Shown: piece by piece, positions 9,444 to 20,300 of the stretch
How positions within the stretch are numbered: the first letter of the stretch is position 1
How the letters are laid out: each line of letters begins with the position of its first letter
Source of the DNA: Phycisphaerales bacterium
GTDB lineage: Bacteria > Planctomycetota > Phycisphaerae > Phycisphaerales > UBA1924
Direction of reading: 5' to 3'
NCBI GenBank assembly: GCA_965227775.1
Contig: OZ245777.1
Coordinates: forward strand, 2,272,001-2,336,000
DNA: 64,000 nt
Made by a program: the position numbers and the translations under genes
The notes under the pieces: generated by a model
The model's input: the letters and a program-made list of their open reading frames with translations, nothing else
What the model was told of the DNA's origin: nothing
The model's database searches: none

Positions 9444-12400
9444 ATGGCGGCTCGTGTAAATGTCAGATTCGTCGCGATCCTGTGCACCATCATCGGCGTG
9501 GTGTTCGTTGGCATGGCCGGCGCGGCGTACTTCATCGTCAAGAAGTCGGCTTCCGATCACTTCGAGACCGCCCAGCAGTTCGTCCAGGAAGGCGATCTTG
9601 TTGAAGCCGAGAAGTCGTTCGGCAAAGCCGTCAACAAGGAACCAACAAACGTTGTCTACCTCGAGGCTTGGATCGAGTCGATCGAGAAGCTCACGCCCGA
9701 GACTCGCGTCAGGTACGCGGATGTCTACCTGAAGAACTACGTGCCGGGCTTGCGACAACTCGCGGTCGCCAAGCGGACCGACGTTGATGCGTGGAACAAG
9801 TTCCTCGGTACGTTGTATGAACAGCGAAATGTCTTTGGCGGCGGTGGCCGCACTGGCTGGCAGGCGCTGCTCACGGAAACCAACTATGCGCTCGAGCAGT
9901 TTCGGGTGTCTGCCGATGGTGATGACGATCAGGCCGATTGGCACCGTCTTCGCCGCTACCAGGCCCTGAGCAATCTCAATATGCGGACAAGCCTGGGCGA
10001 GGCCGACCCAGATTTCGCGGACAAGACCGTGATGGACTTCGAGGCCGTGCTGCGCGTCGATCCTTCGGATTCCGACGCCGCAATCGGCTTGTACGAGTGG
10101 CTGATGGCCGAAGCCGACGAAGCACAGGGCAGTCGCACCGATCCACAGGTGTTCCTTGACAAGGCGAGGCAGACGCTCGACGACTTCTTGGTCCAGAACC
10201 CGAACCACCCGCGTGCGATGATTGCCCGGCTGTTCTACGACATCCAGGTTGCTGCGCGGCCACTCCGCGAGCTGCGCACCCAGGAGGAACGAGTCCGCGC
10301 CAACCTCGCGCTCGCGGCCGAGTACAAGCCGCGCGTGGAGGCGATCGTGGATCAAGTGATCCAGCAGAGCGTTCCGGAGTTGCTGACCGTTGACGTCGCG
10401 CAGCTGGTATACCGGCTCGAGCGGCTTGCATCTCCAGGATTGCGCGAGATCCCGCTCACCGACAGGATTCTTGGAGCCGTCCGCACGGCCTCGGACGGTG
10501 ATCCCGGTGAACTCGCGAAGCTCTCGTTCTTTGAGGGCGTGTTTTCGGCCGAGAGCGGCGAGCACGAGCGTGCGATCGCGGCGTTCGAGGAGGTGATGGC
10601 TGCGCCGGACGTGCCGATCAGCCTCGACGGAATCCTCATCACGCGTCTTGAAGGTGAGGCCGTGATTCGCCGAGCACAGAGCGCTATCGAGTTCGCTGGT
10701 GCCGCCGAGGAGACGCAGCGCGATGAGAGGCTTGCGCTCGTCGAGCAACTCCGGAAAGACGTCGATGACTACTGGCCGCAAGGCACGCCGCCGGTCCTGA
10801 TGCTGGATGCTCGAATCGCATACCTGAATGGCGAACTCGCCAAGGCGCAAGGCCTGGCCGTTTCCTATCAACGGCAGCTACAAACGCCCGACCCGCAGGC
10901 CCATTACCTGCTCAGCCGGATTTACATCGATCGAAACCAGATCGGCCAGGCGCTTGCAGAGCTCGAGAAGTACGTCGAGATCAATCCCAACGTGCCGGAT
11001 GCCTGGGCACAGCTCAGTGATCTTTATGATCGGACCGGCGACACGACCAGCGCGTGGGAAGCGATCACACGCGCCATCCAGCTCGCTCCCGACGACGAGC
11101 GCGTCCAGCGACGCTACGACAACCTCAATATTCGATTGGGACAGGCCCAGTCCGATGATCCAATCCAGCAGCTGCTGTTCGACATCGATAAGCTGCTTGA
11201 CACGGCCGGCGGCGTTGCGCCAAAGTACGACGAGGCCATCGGGCGGCTCCGCCGAGCAATGGCTGGGGTCGGCGATGACGTGCGGCTGTACAGCGCCCTG
11301 GCCACCGTGCAGGCCCAGGCCCAGCGTTTCGATGATGCCATGGCGACCGCGGACGAGGGGCTTGCGAAGTTCCCCGACAGTGCGCTGCTGGAGAGAATCC
11401 GCACGCAGGTGATGGTCTTGCAGGGCCGCTTCGACGAAGTCGAAGGCATCACGCCCCTGCAGCGTGAGATGGCCGAGTTCCGCCTGGCGATGCGTGAGGG
11501 TCGGACCGACGATGCCGACGGCCACCTCCAGGTCGCCGTCCAGATCGATCCGGATGACGGCCAGGTCATCCAGGCCCAGATCGCCCGAGCGCTAGCGACT
11601 GGAAACTTTAACGAGGCACGACGGCTCGTCGATCGCGCGACCGAGCTCAACACGGACCAGGCTGACGGACGCCTGTTGCGTGGCGACCTCTTGCAAGCAG
11701 AAGGTCGCAGCGAAGAAGCGCTCGCGCTCATCAATGCGGTCATCAGCGACGGTCTGACCAGCGTGCCGGTGTTGTATCGTCGAGCCCAGATCTATCGCAG
11801 CCTCAACCGTGCCGAAGACGCGGTGAACGACTACCTCGAGATCCTGCGCCGCCAGCCCGATAGCGTCGCGAACGTACGCGATGTCATCGTGGCGTTGGCA
11901 GAACTCGGACGGACGCGCCAGGCACTCGAGATCGCTCGTCGCTCGCAGCGAATCGCTGGTGCGGACTCGACCTTCCTGAACCAATGGCTGGCGCTTGAGG
12001 CCCAGGTAGGTGACGCAACGGCGGCCAAGTTCCGCCGAGAGGACATCCGTGACGCGAATCCTGGTGATCGCCAGAACAACCTTGCGCTTGCCAGCGTGTA
12101 TGTGAAGCTGGGCGAGTGGAGCAGCTCTCGAGCCCTTATCGACGAGTTGCGAGCAGAGCAGGACGACGTCTCGCTCGTCATGCTCGACGCGCAGTGGCAC
12201 GCCCGCCAGGGCAATGTCCGTCAGGCGGTCACGGAGTTCGACACCTACATGAGCGCCCGTGATGCCGCCGGCGAGCTCGACGCTCGCGACGTGCTGAGCT
12301 ATGCGAACTTCCTTCAAAGCGAGAACCAGACTGGCCTGGCAATCGAGAAGCTCCGCAACGCGGTGGATGTTGACACCGGTGAAAGCCAACCAATCCGGCG

Positions 12401-14057
12401 TCGCTTGGCACTCCTGCTCTTGTCGGACGGCCGTGCGAACGAAGCTGTCGAGGTCATCGATGAGCTGATCGCATCGGGCCTGGACGAGGACGGCATGCTC
12501 ACGCTGGCGCGCATCGAGGCCTACATCCGCGGCGATGAACTTGACAACGCCGAGCAGGCCATTGGCGAGCTTCCAAGCACGCTGGCGAACTCTGAGGCGT
12601 CCGGGCTGTTGCGTACGGACCTCGAGCTCGCTCGTGGTGATCGAGCCGCGGCTCGACGGGCCATCAGTGACACCCTGGCGTCGCATCCGACCTCCGCGCG
12701 GGCGTATGTCCGCCGGGCGGAGATCATCTATGACGAGGTTCGCTCGGATGCCACGATGCTTGACTCGGAGCGTTCGCAGATGCTCCGCGACGCGAGCGAG
12801 GACCTCAGTGAGGCCATCCGGCAGGACACCAATCGCTGGGAAGCATATCGCCTGCGTGCGATTATCGCGATGGAGCTCGGTCGCTACGACGAGGCCGTTC
12901 GTGCAGTCACTCAGGCGCTTGAGCTCAATCCTGGACTTGTCCAGCTGCGGAATCGCCTGATCCGGCGCCTCGTACAACAGGGTGACACGCCTCGTGCGAT
13001 GACCGTGATCGACGCGGCGATCGAGGCCAATCCCGCCGATGTCGATCTTCGCGTGAACATGGCTCGGCTGATGGCCGACCTCGGTCGATCAGCCGAGTCG
13101 GTCAGGCTCTTCGATCAATCGCTCGCGCAGCGGAAGAATCCGGAGATTGCGGCGCAGTACGTCGAGTATCTGCTGAACATGGGGACCGCCGAGGGGCGGG
13201 CCAAGGCGCGGCAGGTGCTCAGCGACCCCACCCTCAACGTTGCCGGAACGTGGCAGCTCCAGCTCATGGCGGCTGCCCTGTCATTCCAGGAAGGCAACCG
13301 CGCTCGCGCCGTTGCGCAGGCCCGACAGTCGTTCGAGGTTGTTCGCAACAACCTGCCGGATGTTGTGCGTTGGTTCAACGCCTTGGCGCCACTCATCAAG
13401 GACCATCCAACACGGATGGAGATCGCCCTGCAGCTCTTCCCAGAGCGCACGCCGCAGCGCGTCGGTGAGATCATGATGGCGTCGTTGATGCTTCAGGACC
13501 CCTCGACCGAGCAGCAGGGCCTCAGCGAGCTCATCAGACTCGCGGGCGATGGTGACCCGATCGTGGCAGTTCGATCGGGACAGCTGCTGGGCGATACGTA
13601 CTACGGACGTGCGAACTACCAGGCGGCCGCAGACGCGTGGCGGGCCGTTCTGGCACTCGACCCGCAGTCGGGCCAGGCACTCAACAACCTTGCATATGTG
13701 CTCGCATCCGAGCTCGGCGAATGCCAGCAGGCGATCGAGTTGGCCACTCGTGCCAAGGCCGCCGGTGGCGTGGCTCCGACCATCGTCCAGAGCACGCTCA
13801 CGATCGCGTACCTGGAGTGCAATCAGCTCGATCAGGCCCAGCAAGCTGCCGACGAGCTCTCATCGATCTCGCGGGGTTCTCCGGAAGAAACGCTGGCGGA
13901 ACTCCGCCAAGGCAAGCTCGATCTTGCGAATGGCCGGGTCGAAGACGCCCGCATCCATGCCAAGAACGCTGAAGTCTTTCTCGAGTCCTGGGGCGGCCGC
14001 GCTGAAGCGTACAGGTCGATCCTTGAGGAGCTCGAGCAAGCGCTGGAGGGCCGCTAG
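9444..14057 (+). CDS. Very large membrane-anchored tetratricopeptide repeat protein
   Basis: GGAGG before ATG 9444; N-terminal TM; many TPR-like repeats, C-terminal ALNNLAY. Confidence 0.88.
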   Translation: MAARVNVRFVAILCTIIGVVFVGMAGAAYFIVKKSASDHFETAQQFVQEGDLVEAEKSFGKAVNKEPTNVVYLEAWIESIEKLTPETRVRYADVYLKNYVPGLRQLAVAKRTDVDAWNKFLGTLYEQRNVFGGGGRTGWQALLTETNYALEQFRVSADGDDDQADWHRLRRYQALSNLNMRTSLGEADPDFADKTVMDFEAVLRVDPSDSDAAIGLYEWLMAEADEAQGSRTDPQVFLDKARQTLDDFLVQNPNHPRAMIARLFYDIQVAARPLRELRTQEERVRANLALAAEYKPRVEAIVDQVIQQSVPELLTVDVAQLVYRLERLASPGLREIPLTDRILGAVRTASDGDPGELAKLSFFEGVFSAESGEHERAIAAFEEVMAAPDVPISLDGILITRLEGEAVIRRAQSAIEFAGAAEETQRDERLALVEQLRKDVDDYWPQGTPPVLMLDARIAYLNGELAKAQGLAVSYQRQLQTPDPQAHYLLSRIYIDRNQIGQALAELEKYVEINPNVPDAWAQLSDLYDRTGDTTSAWEAITRAIQLAPDDERVQRRYDNLNIRLGQAQSDDPIQQLLFDIDKLLDTAGGVAPKYDEAIGRLRRAMAGVGDDVRLYSALATVQAQAQRFDDAMATADEGLAKFPDSALLERIRTQVMVLQGRFDEVEGITPLQREMAEFRLAMREGRTDDADGHLQVAVQIDPDDGQVIQAQIARALATGNFNEARRLVDRATELNTDQADGRLLRGDLLQAEGRSEEALALINAVISDGLTSVPVLYRRAQIYRSLNRAEDAVNDYLEILRRQPDSVANVRDVIVALAELGRTRQALEIARRSQRIAGADSTFLNQWLALEAQVGDATAAKFRREDIRDANPGDRQNNLALASVYVKLGEWSSSRALIDELRAEQDDVSLVMLDAQWHARQGNVRQAVTEFDTYMSARDAAGELDARDVLSYANFLQSENQTGLAIEKLRNAVDVDTGESQPIRRRLALLLLSDGRANEAVEVIDELIASGLDEDGMLTLARIEAYIRGDELDNAEQAIGELPSTLANSEASGLLRTDLELARGDRAAARRAISDTLASHPTSARAYVRRAEIIYDEVRSDATMLDSERSQMLRDASEDLSEAIRQDTNRWEAYRLRAIIAMELGRYDEAVRAVTQALELNPGLVQLRNRLIRRLVQQGDTPRAMTVIDAAIEANPADVDLRVNMARLMADLGRSAESVRLFDQSLAQRKNPEIAAQYVEYLLNMGTAEGRAKARQVLSDPTLNVAGTWQLQLMAAALSFQEGNRARAVAQARQSFEVVRNNLPDVVRWFNALAPLIKDHPTRMEIALQLFPERTPQRVGEIMMASLMLQDPSTEQQGLSELIRLAGDGDPIVAVRSGQLLGDTYYGRANYQAAADAWRAVLALDPQSGQALNNLAYVLASELGECQQAIELATRAKAAGGVAPTIVQSTLTIAYLECNQLDQAQQAADELSSISRGSPEETLAELRQGKLDLANGRVEDARIHAKNAEVFLESWGGRAEAYRSILEELEQALEGR

Positions 14058-14209
14058 GCGGTAGGTTTTCGGACCAGCAGCGGCCCGTCGTGGGCCAACA
14101 AGTGCGTGGATTGCCAGACACACGGTTCCCGAACCGAACCCGGGAGCGCAGACGGCCGACGTAGAGCATGGGTCCGAAGTAGTGCGGGCCCGAACGACGA
14201 GAGAACAGC

Positions 14210-16417
14210 ATGACGATCGCATCGACATCGACCAACGGCTCCCTCAACGGCTCGCACGGCCCCAGCGGTGGATCGAGCTCCCAGATTGGCACCAAGGCGG
14301 CTGCCAGCGTGGATCCGCTGCGCGTGCTGCGCAAGTACAAGTTTGCGTTCGTCATCGCGGGCGTCGTGGGTGGCATGCTGGGTGCCGGGGCACACTTCGC
14401 GTTGGCAGAATTCCGACCCAAGTGGAGCACGCCGGTCATCTACAAGTGCTACCCGCCCCAGACTCGTCCCAACCCCGAGCAGATGAATATCGACGACGAT
14501 GAGTTCGAACGCTTCATGGCCAGCGAAGCGGCCATGATGGTGTCCGAGAATGTGCTGCGGAGCGCCGTCGAGAATCCCCGTCTGCTCAACGAAGCACCAA
14601 ACTGGATCGGTCGATTCACGACCGGCGGTGTGGTCGATGTTGGTCAGGCCGCGCTCGCGCTCGAGGAGCAGGTCGGCGCACGCGTTATGGCGGGCACCGA
14701 CTTCATCCGTATGAACGTGAGCTGGCGAGATCGCCAGGAGGTTGCCACGATCGCCGAGGTCGTGAACGCCGCGTACATCCAGGACCTTCGTCGGCGTGGT
14801 TCTCGCTCGACGAACGAGCGCCGTGAGGCGATCGAGCAGGCGATCGTCGGCCTCGAGTCGGATTTTGATCAGTCGGATCGCCGCCGCAACGAGATCGTCA
14901 CCTCCCGCAGGATGGACGTGCTCGAGATTAGCCAGAGCCAGGAACGCGCCGAGATGATGATCGTGCTCGGCTCGATGCAGGAGCTTGGCCTCCAGCTGGA
15001 GGCGCTGCTCGCGCAGAAGGCCGAGATGGAAGCCCAGCTCCGCAATCCGGGCGGCTTGCAGTTCAACGACACGCTGCGAGCCCAGGTCGAGCTTCAGCCG
15101 CTCATCCAGAACCTCCGCTCGCAGGTTGTCTTCCTGCAGGCCCGCCGTGCGACCGAGCGCGAGCGTCTGGCCGAAGACAACCCATCGATCCGCATGATCG
15201 ACGACCAGATCGCCGCTCTGGATCGCAGCCTCGATCAGCAGCGTCAGCAGCTGATGGAAGAGCTGTTCCAGACCCAGCTAGACCAGCTGCGCCTGGGCGA
15301 GCAGCAGCTCCGGGCTCAGATGGCCAGCCTGGCGCAGCGCCGCGCCGAGCTGGGCCTCCGGCTGCAAGAACTGGTATACGCGGAGACCGAGCTCAGCGAT
15401 ATCGAACGTCGGATGGAGCAGATCCTGACCCTTCAACAGGACTTCGAGACCGATCTGCGGATGCTCGAGGCGACCAGCCAGATGACGACCGCTTCACGTG
15501 TTGAAGTCATCCAGGCGCCGCGCGTGCCGACGCAGATGTCCTTCCCGAAGATCTACATCCTCGTCCCTGCGGGTGTCGTGGTGGTCGTCGGTCTGGTCGC
15601 AGGTGGTGCATACCTCGTCGAGATGGTCGACCAGCGGGTGAAGAGCCCGGCCGACATCGCCGCTCTGCCGAGTGTCCGCATTCTGGGCATGGTGCCGCAC
15701 GCGACCGAAGATCCGGCCCGCATCGACACGCCAGAGCGCGTGTTTGCCGAACAGCCGCTGACGGCGATGAGCGAGAGCTACCGCCACGTGCGTGGCGCAG
15801 TAATCAAGCGGATGCGTGCCGGCGGGCATAAGTCGCTGCTCGTCGTCCCGGCCATGCCTGGTTCGGGCGCGACCACGGTGGTGAGCAACATCGCCGAGTC
15901 GCTCGCGGCGGCCGACAACAAGGTCATCGTGATCGATACGAACATTCGCCGCCCAAGGCTCCACGAGGTGTTCGGGCTCCCGATGGGTCCTGGTGTGGGC
16001 GAGGTGCTCGCCGGCGCGTCGCTGGCCGAGGTGGCCCAGGAAACGGGCAACCCCAACCTTCGCGTCATCACCTGCGGCGAGCCGAGCAATCGCCAGCTCG
16101 AGGCTTTGGCTACGGGCGCGATCGTCAAGCTGATCAAGCAGGCTTCGGCCGAGGCGGACTTCGTCATCCTCGACGTTTCGCCGGCGACGGTGTCGGGCGA
16201 TGCCCAGGCCTTGTCGCAAGTGGTCGACGCGACGATGCTGGTAGCCAAGGCGTTCGGCGAGACTCGCGGCCAGATCGGCCGCCTCTCTCGCGAGCTCGAC
16301 GAGCAGCCCGCCCGCTACCTCGGCGTGCTGGTCAACGCCGCCCGTGGGGCGAGCGGGGGATACCTCCGGGGCAACCTGCGGGCCGGGCACAGCTACACGG
16401 CCAAGGCCAAGAGCTAG
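14210..16417 (+). CDS. Polysaccharide co-polymerase (Wzc/GumC-like) with degenerate tyrosine-kinase domain
   Basis: Two TM helices flanking a coiled coil; SESYRHVR, IDTNIRRPRLH, ILDVSP, LGVLVN. Confidence 0.88.
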   Translation: MTIASTSTNGSLNGSHGPSGGSSSQIGTKAAASVDPLRVLRKYKFAFVIAGVVGGMLGAGAHFALAEFRPKWSTPVIYKCYPPQTRPNPEQMNIDDDEFERFMASEAAMMVSENVLRSAVENPRLLNEAPNWIGRFTTGGVVDVGQAALALEEQVGARVMAGTDFIRMNVSWRDRQEVATIAEVVNAAYIQDLRRRGSRSTNERREAIEQAIVGLESDFDQSDRRRNEIVTSRRMDVLEISQSQERAEMMIVLGSMQELGLQLEALLAQKAEMEAQLRNPGGLQFNDTLRAQVELQPLIQNLRSQVVFLQARRATERERLAEDNPSIRMIDDQIAALDRSLDQQRQQLMEELFQTQLDQLRLGEQQLRAQMASLAQRRAELGLRLQELVYAETELSDIERRMEQILTLQQDFETDLRMLEATSQMTTASRVEVIQAPRVPTQMSFPKIYILVPAGVVVVVGLVAGGAYLVEMVDQRVKSPADIAALPSVRILGMVPHATEDPARIDTPERVFAEQPLTAMSESYRHVRGAVIKRMRAGGHKSLLVVPAMPGSGATTVVSNIAESLAAADNKVIVIDTNIRRPRLHEVFGLPMGPGVGEVLAGASLAEVAQETGNPNLRVITCGEPSNRQLEALATGAIVKLIKQASAEADFVILDVSPATVSGDAQALSQVVDATMLVAKAFGETRGQIGRLSRELDEQPARYLGVLVNAARGASGGYLRGNLRAGHSYTAKAKS

Positions 16418-16459
16418 GGTTCATCCTGCAGGCCGCTGCGGTCGTGGAGAGATTCGCCG

Positions 16460-17473
16460 TTGCGTGACGACGCCGCCAACCCGACGGGAGCCGCTCGCCG
16501 GGTGCTCGTCACCGGCGGCGCTGGCTTCATCGGCTCGCACATCTGCGAGCGGCTGCTCTCGCGCGGCGACGAGGTGGTCGTGGTCGACGATCTGTCCACC
16601 GGCAACCGCGCGAATCTGCCAGAGTCCCACGAGCGATTGACGATGGTCCACTCGGACCTGCGGGCCTGGCTTCTTGGCGATGCTCGTGCTGCTGGCCGCT
16701 TCGACGAGATCTACCACATGGCGGCGGCGGTGGGGGTCGAGCTCATCATCGCAGACCCGATCGGCAGCATCGAGACCAATACCGAGCAAACGAGCGCCTT
16801 GCTTCGCTATGCCTCTGAGACGGCCGGCAATCCGGCCGTGCTGGTAGCTAGTAGCTCGGAGGTCTATGGCAAGAGCGAGCGTGTTCCGTTTCACGAAGAT
16901 GACGACGTTGTGTACGGGCCGACGACCGCGACGCGTTGGTCATACGCCTGCTCCAAGGCGTTGGATGAGTATCTCGCGCTCGCTCACCATCGCTCGCGTG
17001 GTCTCGGAGTTGTCGTTGTTCGGCTGTTCAATACGGTCGGGCCGAGGCAGATCGGTCGGTACGGGATGGTGCTGCCACGGTTCGTTGCCGCGGCGCTGTC
17101 GAATGAGCCGCTCCGCGTCTTCGGCAATGGCGAACAAGTACGCTGCTTCTGCGACGTGCGGGACGTCTCACGGGCGCTCATCGATCTCCTCGGCACGCCC
17201 AGCGCACACGGCGGTATCTTCAATATCGGGAGCGAATCGGCCATCAGTATCAACACGCTCGCCCAGACCGTGATCGAAGTACTCGGTTCGGCCTCGCGCA
17301 TCGAGCGCGTGCCTTATGACGAGGCGTATGGCCCTGGCTTCGAGGATCTCACGCGTCGTGTGCCGGATTTGGGCCGCCTAAGGGCCGCCGTGAAGTTCGA
17401 GCGCGAGTACGACCTTGAGGCGACCATCCGAGCCGTGGCCGAAGCTATGGGCACCGCAGGAATCAGCCGATGA
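16460..17473 (+). CDS. NAD-dependent nucleotide-sugar epimerase/dehydratase
   Basis: VTGGAGFIGSH, ASSSEVYG, RWSYACSK (YxxxK), RLFNTVGPRQ. Confidence 0.92.
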   Translation: MRDDAANPTGAARRVLVTGGAGFIGSHICERLLSRGDEVVVVDDLSTGNRANLPESHERLTMVHSDLRAWLLGDARAAGRFDEIYHMAAAVGVELIIADPIGSIETNTEQTSALLRYASETAGNPAVLVASSSEVYGKSERVPFHEDDDVVYGPTTATRWSYACSKALDEYLALAHHRSRGLGVVVVRLFNTVGPRQIGRYGMVLPRFVAAALSNEPLRVFGNGEQVRCFCDVRDVSRALIDLLGTPSAHGGIFNIGSESAISINTLAQTVIEVLGSASRIERVPYDEAYGPGFEDLTRRVPDLGRLRAAVKFEREYDLEATIRAVAEAMGTAGISR

Positions 17474-18831
17474 GCGTGCTGGCCGCCATCACGAGCTTCG
17501 GCCTTCCTCCGCTCGACCCGGGCATGTTCGCTGCGCCCGAGTCCGCCGTAGAGGCCGAGGCGGACGTGCTGGCGACGACCGGCCTGGGCATCTTCCATCG
17601 ATACATCTGGGTGTTCGTCGCGGCGTTCGCGATCACCATCATCGCAACCCCGCTGGTCCGCAGACTGGCTCTTGCCGCGGGCATCATCGATCGGCCGAGC
17701 GACCCGCGCAAGGTGCATCGCATTCCCGTTGCCTACTTGGGCGGCCTCGCGGTTTTCCTTGGAATCATGGGCGGCACGCTCGTGAGCTATCTGGGAACTG
17801 CGTGGGGCAATCTCTCGGTTGTCTATCCCAGCGAGCACATGGTCGATGGCGAATACCACGCCGTCGTGCCAATCAGCATTTTGCTGGGCCTGGCGGTCAT
17901 TACTGTTGTCGGCCTGCTCGACGACGCGATCGGCATCCGCCCCGGGCTGAAGATCAGCGGCCAACTCGTGGCCGCGGCGGCGCTTGCGATCGAGAACGTC
18001 GGCGTGCGCGTCGCTCAGGGTGTGCTACGCCCCGTGGGCGAGGCGCTCGTGAGCCTGGGCGTGCTGGGCAACAGCGACCTGGTCTTTTACGTGCCTATCC
18101 CGGGCCTCGAGGCGCCACTCCAACTCGACCTTGTGTATTGGGCCGGTGCGGGCGTAATCGCGGTATTCGTCATCGGTGCTTGCAATGCGGCCAACCTCAT
18201 CGATGGGCTCGACGGCTTGCTCACGGGCACGACGACCATCACGGTGGTTGGGCTCACCATCCTGGCGTTGTCGCTCATGGTGATCGATCAGGGCCCGCGC
18301 GACGCCCAGCGGCTCGTTCTGTGCCTGGCGGTGCTGGGAGCATGCATGGGCTTCCTTCCGCACAACTTCAATCCCGCGTCGATCTTCCTTGGCGACTGCG
18401 GCTCGATGTTATTGGGCTATTGCACCATCGTGATCATCCTGACGCTGGGCGACATGGGCCAGACGCACCTGGTGCTCGCCGGCCTGATGATGTTCGCGGT
18501 GCCGATCATCGATAGCGTGCTCGCGATCGTTCGGCGGCGGATGAGCGGCAAGAGCATCACCGACGCCGACGACCAGCACTTGCACCACATGCTCAAGCGG
18601 GCGTTGGGTGTCAAGGGTGCCGTGCTGGTGCTCTACGGCATCACGGCCTGCTTCACCGCCCTTGGCCTTGCCATGAGCCTTAGCAGGGCCCGCGTGGTCT
18701 ACGCCTTGGCGCTTATTGTCATCTGCTACGTGGGCGTGACGGCCATCAAGATCAGCCGCCGCCAGTATCTCGAGAGCCAGGCCTCGCTCGCGATCGACGC
18801 GGCCGATCGGCCCAAGCGTTCGGCGTCGTAA
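17470..18831 (+). CDS. MraY/WecA-family polyprenyl-phosphate sugar-1-phosphate transferase
   Basis: RKVH..P.AYLGG, GLLDD, NLIDGLDGL, NFNPASIFLGDCG, HLHH. Confidence 0.92.
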   Translation: MSVLAAITSFGLPPLDPGMFAAPESAVEAEADVLATTGLGIFHRYIWVFVAAFAITIIATPLVRRLALAAGIIDRPSDPRKVHRIPVAYLGGLAVFLGIMGGTLVSYLGTAWGNLSVVYPSEHMVDGEYHAVVPISILLGLAVITVVGLLDDAIGIRPGLKISGQLVAAAALAIENVGVRVAQGVLRPVGEALVSLGVLGNSDLVFYVPIPGLEAPLQLDLVYWAGAGVIAVFVIGACNAANLIDGLDGLLTGTTTITVVGLTILALSLMVIDQGPRDAQRLVLCLAVLGACMGFLPHNFNPASIFLGDCGSMLLGYCTIVIILTLGDMGQTHLVLAGLMMFAVPIIDSVLAIVRRRMSGKSITDADDQHLHHMLKRALGVKGAVLVLYGITACFTALGLAMSLSRARVVYALALIVICYVGVTAIKISRRQYLESQASLAIDAADRPKRSAS

Positions 18832-18882
18832 CCGCACGAAAACCAGGCCGAATCGGGCGCATCTGGGCGATAGAATCGCGCG

Positions 18883-19911
18883 ATGGAAAGCGCACAGCAC
18901 GGCGAGAATCCCACTCGACAGGAGCAGGCCCAACCCAGTACGCCCGCCGCAGTTGGGCCACCCCGGGTGTTTGCGCTCATGAACCAAAAGGGCGGTGTGG
19001 GCAAGTCCACGACGGCCGTGAATTTGGCCGCCGCCCTAGCCCGGCTAGGCAAGCGTGTGCTGCTGGCCGACCTCGATCCCCAGGCCCACGCGACGCTACA
19101 TCTCGGCGTTTCGGCCGACGGCGAGAGCGGACCCGTGACCGTGTACGACGCGTTGCTCGATCCCGCGGCGGTCGAGTTGACCGAAGCCGGCGAGAACCTC
19201 TTCCTCCTGCCCAGCGAGACCGATCTGGCCGCCGTCGAGACCGAATTGGCCCAGGCCGACGGCCGGCACCACCGCCTCCGGCTCGCGATCGACGCGGCCT
19301 GCAAGACGCACGACATCGACGTCGTGCTCATCGACTGCCCGCCGAGCCTGGGCCTGCTGACGCTCAACGGCCTGGCCGCCGCCGACGAGGTTGTGATCCC
19401 GATGCAAGCCCACTTTCTCGCGCTGCACGGTGTCGGCAAGCTCCTCGAGACCGTGCGGATGGTCGCCAAGCAAGTGCGCCCGCAGCTCAAGGTCGCCGGC
19501 GTTGTGCTTTGCATGTACGACCAGCAGGCAAGCCATACGCAAGAGGTCGTGGGCGACATCGAAGCCTTCTTCGCCGAGGGCAGGGACCGCGACGTGCCGT
19601 GGCGGGGCGCTCGCGTACTCTGGCCGCCGATCCGCCGCAACATCAAGCTTGCCGAGGCGCCCAGCTTCGGCCAATCGATCTTCGAGTACGCCCCCCAAGC
19701 CGCGGGCGCCCGCGACTATGCCGCCTTGGCTAAGCACTTCATGGCGCTCGTGGAGCCGACTAGTCCGGCCATGATCTCATCGCCATCCGGTCAGCAGCCC
19801 GAGCGGCCCGAGCCTGCGCCGGCCGAGCCAGTTGCGACTGATGAAGTAGAAGATCAGGAAGCCCCAGAGATCGTGACGCCACCGAGCCCGACGCAGCAGC
19901 ACGCGTCGTGA
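18883..19911 (+). CDS. ParA family ATPase
   Basis: NQKGGVGKSTT, DLDPQAH, IDCPPSLG, IRRNIKLAEAPSFG. Confidence 0.92.
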   Translation: MESAQHGENPTRQEQAQPSTPAAVGPPRVFALMNQKGGVGKSTTAVNLAAALARLGKRVLLADLDPQAHATLHLGVSADGESGPVTVYDALLDPAAVELTEAGENLFLLPSETDLAAVETELAQADGRHHRLRLAIDAACKTHDIDVVLIDCPPSLGLLTLNGLAAADEVVIPMQAHFLALHGVGKLLETVRMVAKQVRPQLKVAGVVLCMYDQQASHTQEVVGDIEAFFAEGRDRDVPWRGARVLWPPIRRNIKLAEAPSFGQSIFEYAPQAAGARDYAALAKHFMALVEPTSPAMISSPSGQQPERPEPAPAEPVATDEVEDQEAPEIVTPPSPTQQHAS

Positions 19912-20300
19912 GCGATGGCCTGCGCCGCCTGTGCCGATTCGGGTTTGTGGCGTACGCCATTGTTCTGTTCGTTGCGACCCACAAGCCGGGTGTGCAGGTC
20001 AACGTCGTTCCGGGCATCCGCCTCGATCTACTGATCCACATGGCCGCATTCGGCGTCTGGACCATCTTGCTGGGCCTGACCGGCTGGTTACCAGACTTGC
20101 GGCGAGCCGCTGGGCTCGCAGCGCTGATGGCGGTAGGAGTCGGATACGCGGTGATCGATGAGTCGTCGCAGGCATTGCCGATATTCGATCGAGTGTTCGA
20201 CCCCGCAGACATGCTGGCCAATGCCCTCGGCGCTGCGTTTGCTGCACTCGCGTTGTTTTCCGTGGTGAGAATGCGGCCACGTCCGGAACCGAAGCCGTGA
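19908..20300 (+). CDS. VanZ family protein
   Basis: DLLIHMAAFG, YAVIDESSQ, R..DPADMLANALG. Confidence 0.85.
   Translation: MSDGLRRLCRFGFVAYAIVLFVATHKPGVQVNVVPGIRLDLLIHMAAFGVWTILLGLTGWLPDLRRAAGLAALMAVGVGYAVIDESSQALPIFDRVFDPADMLANALGAAFAALALFSVVRMRPRPEPKP

Noticed and set aside
14057..14068. ops-like GGCGGTAG ahead of the Wzc-like gene
   Set aside because: Lacks the terminal TG of GGCGGTAGnnTG, overlaps a stop codon, no RfaH is visible, and such an 8-mer is plausible by chance.
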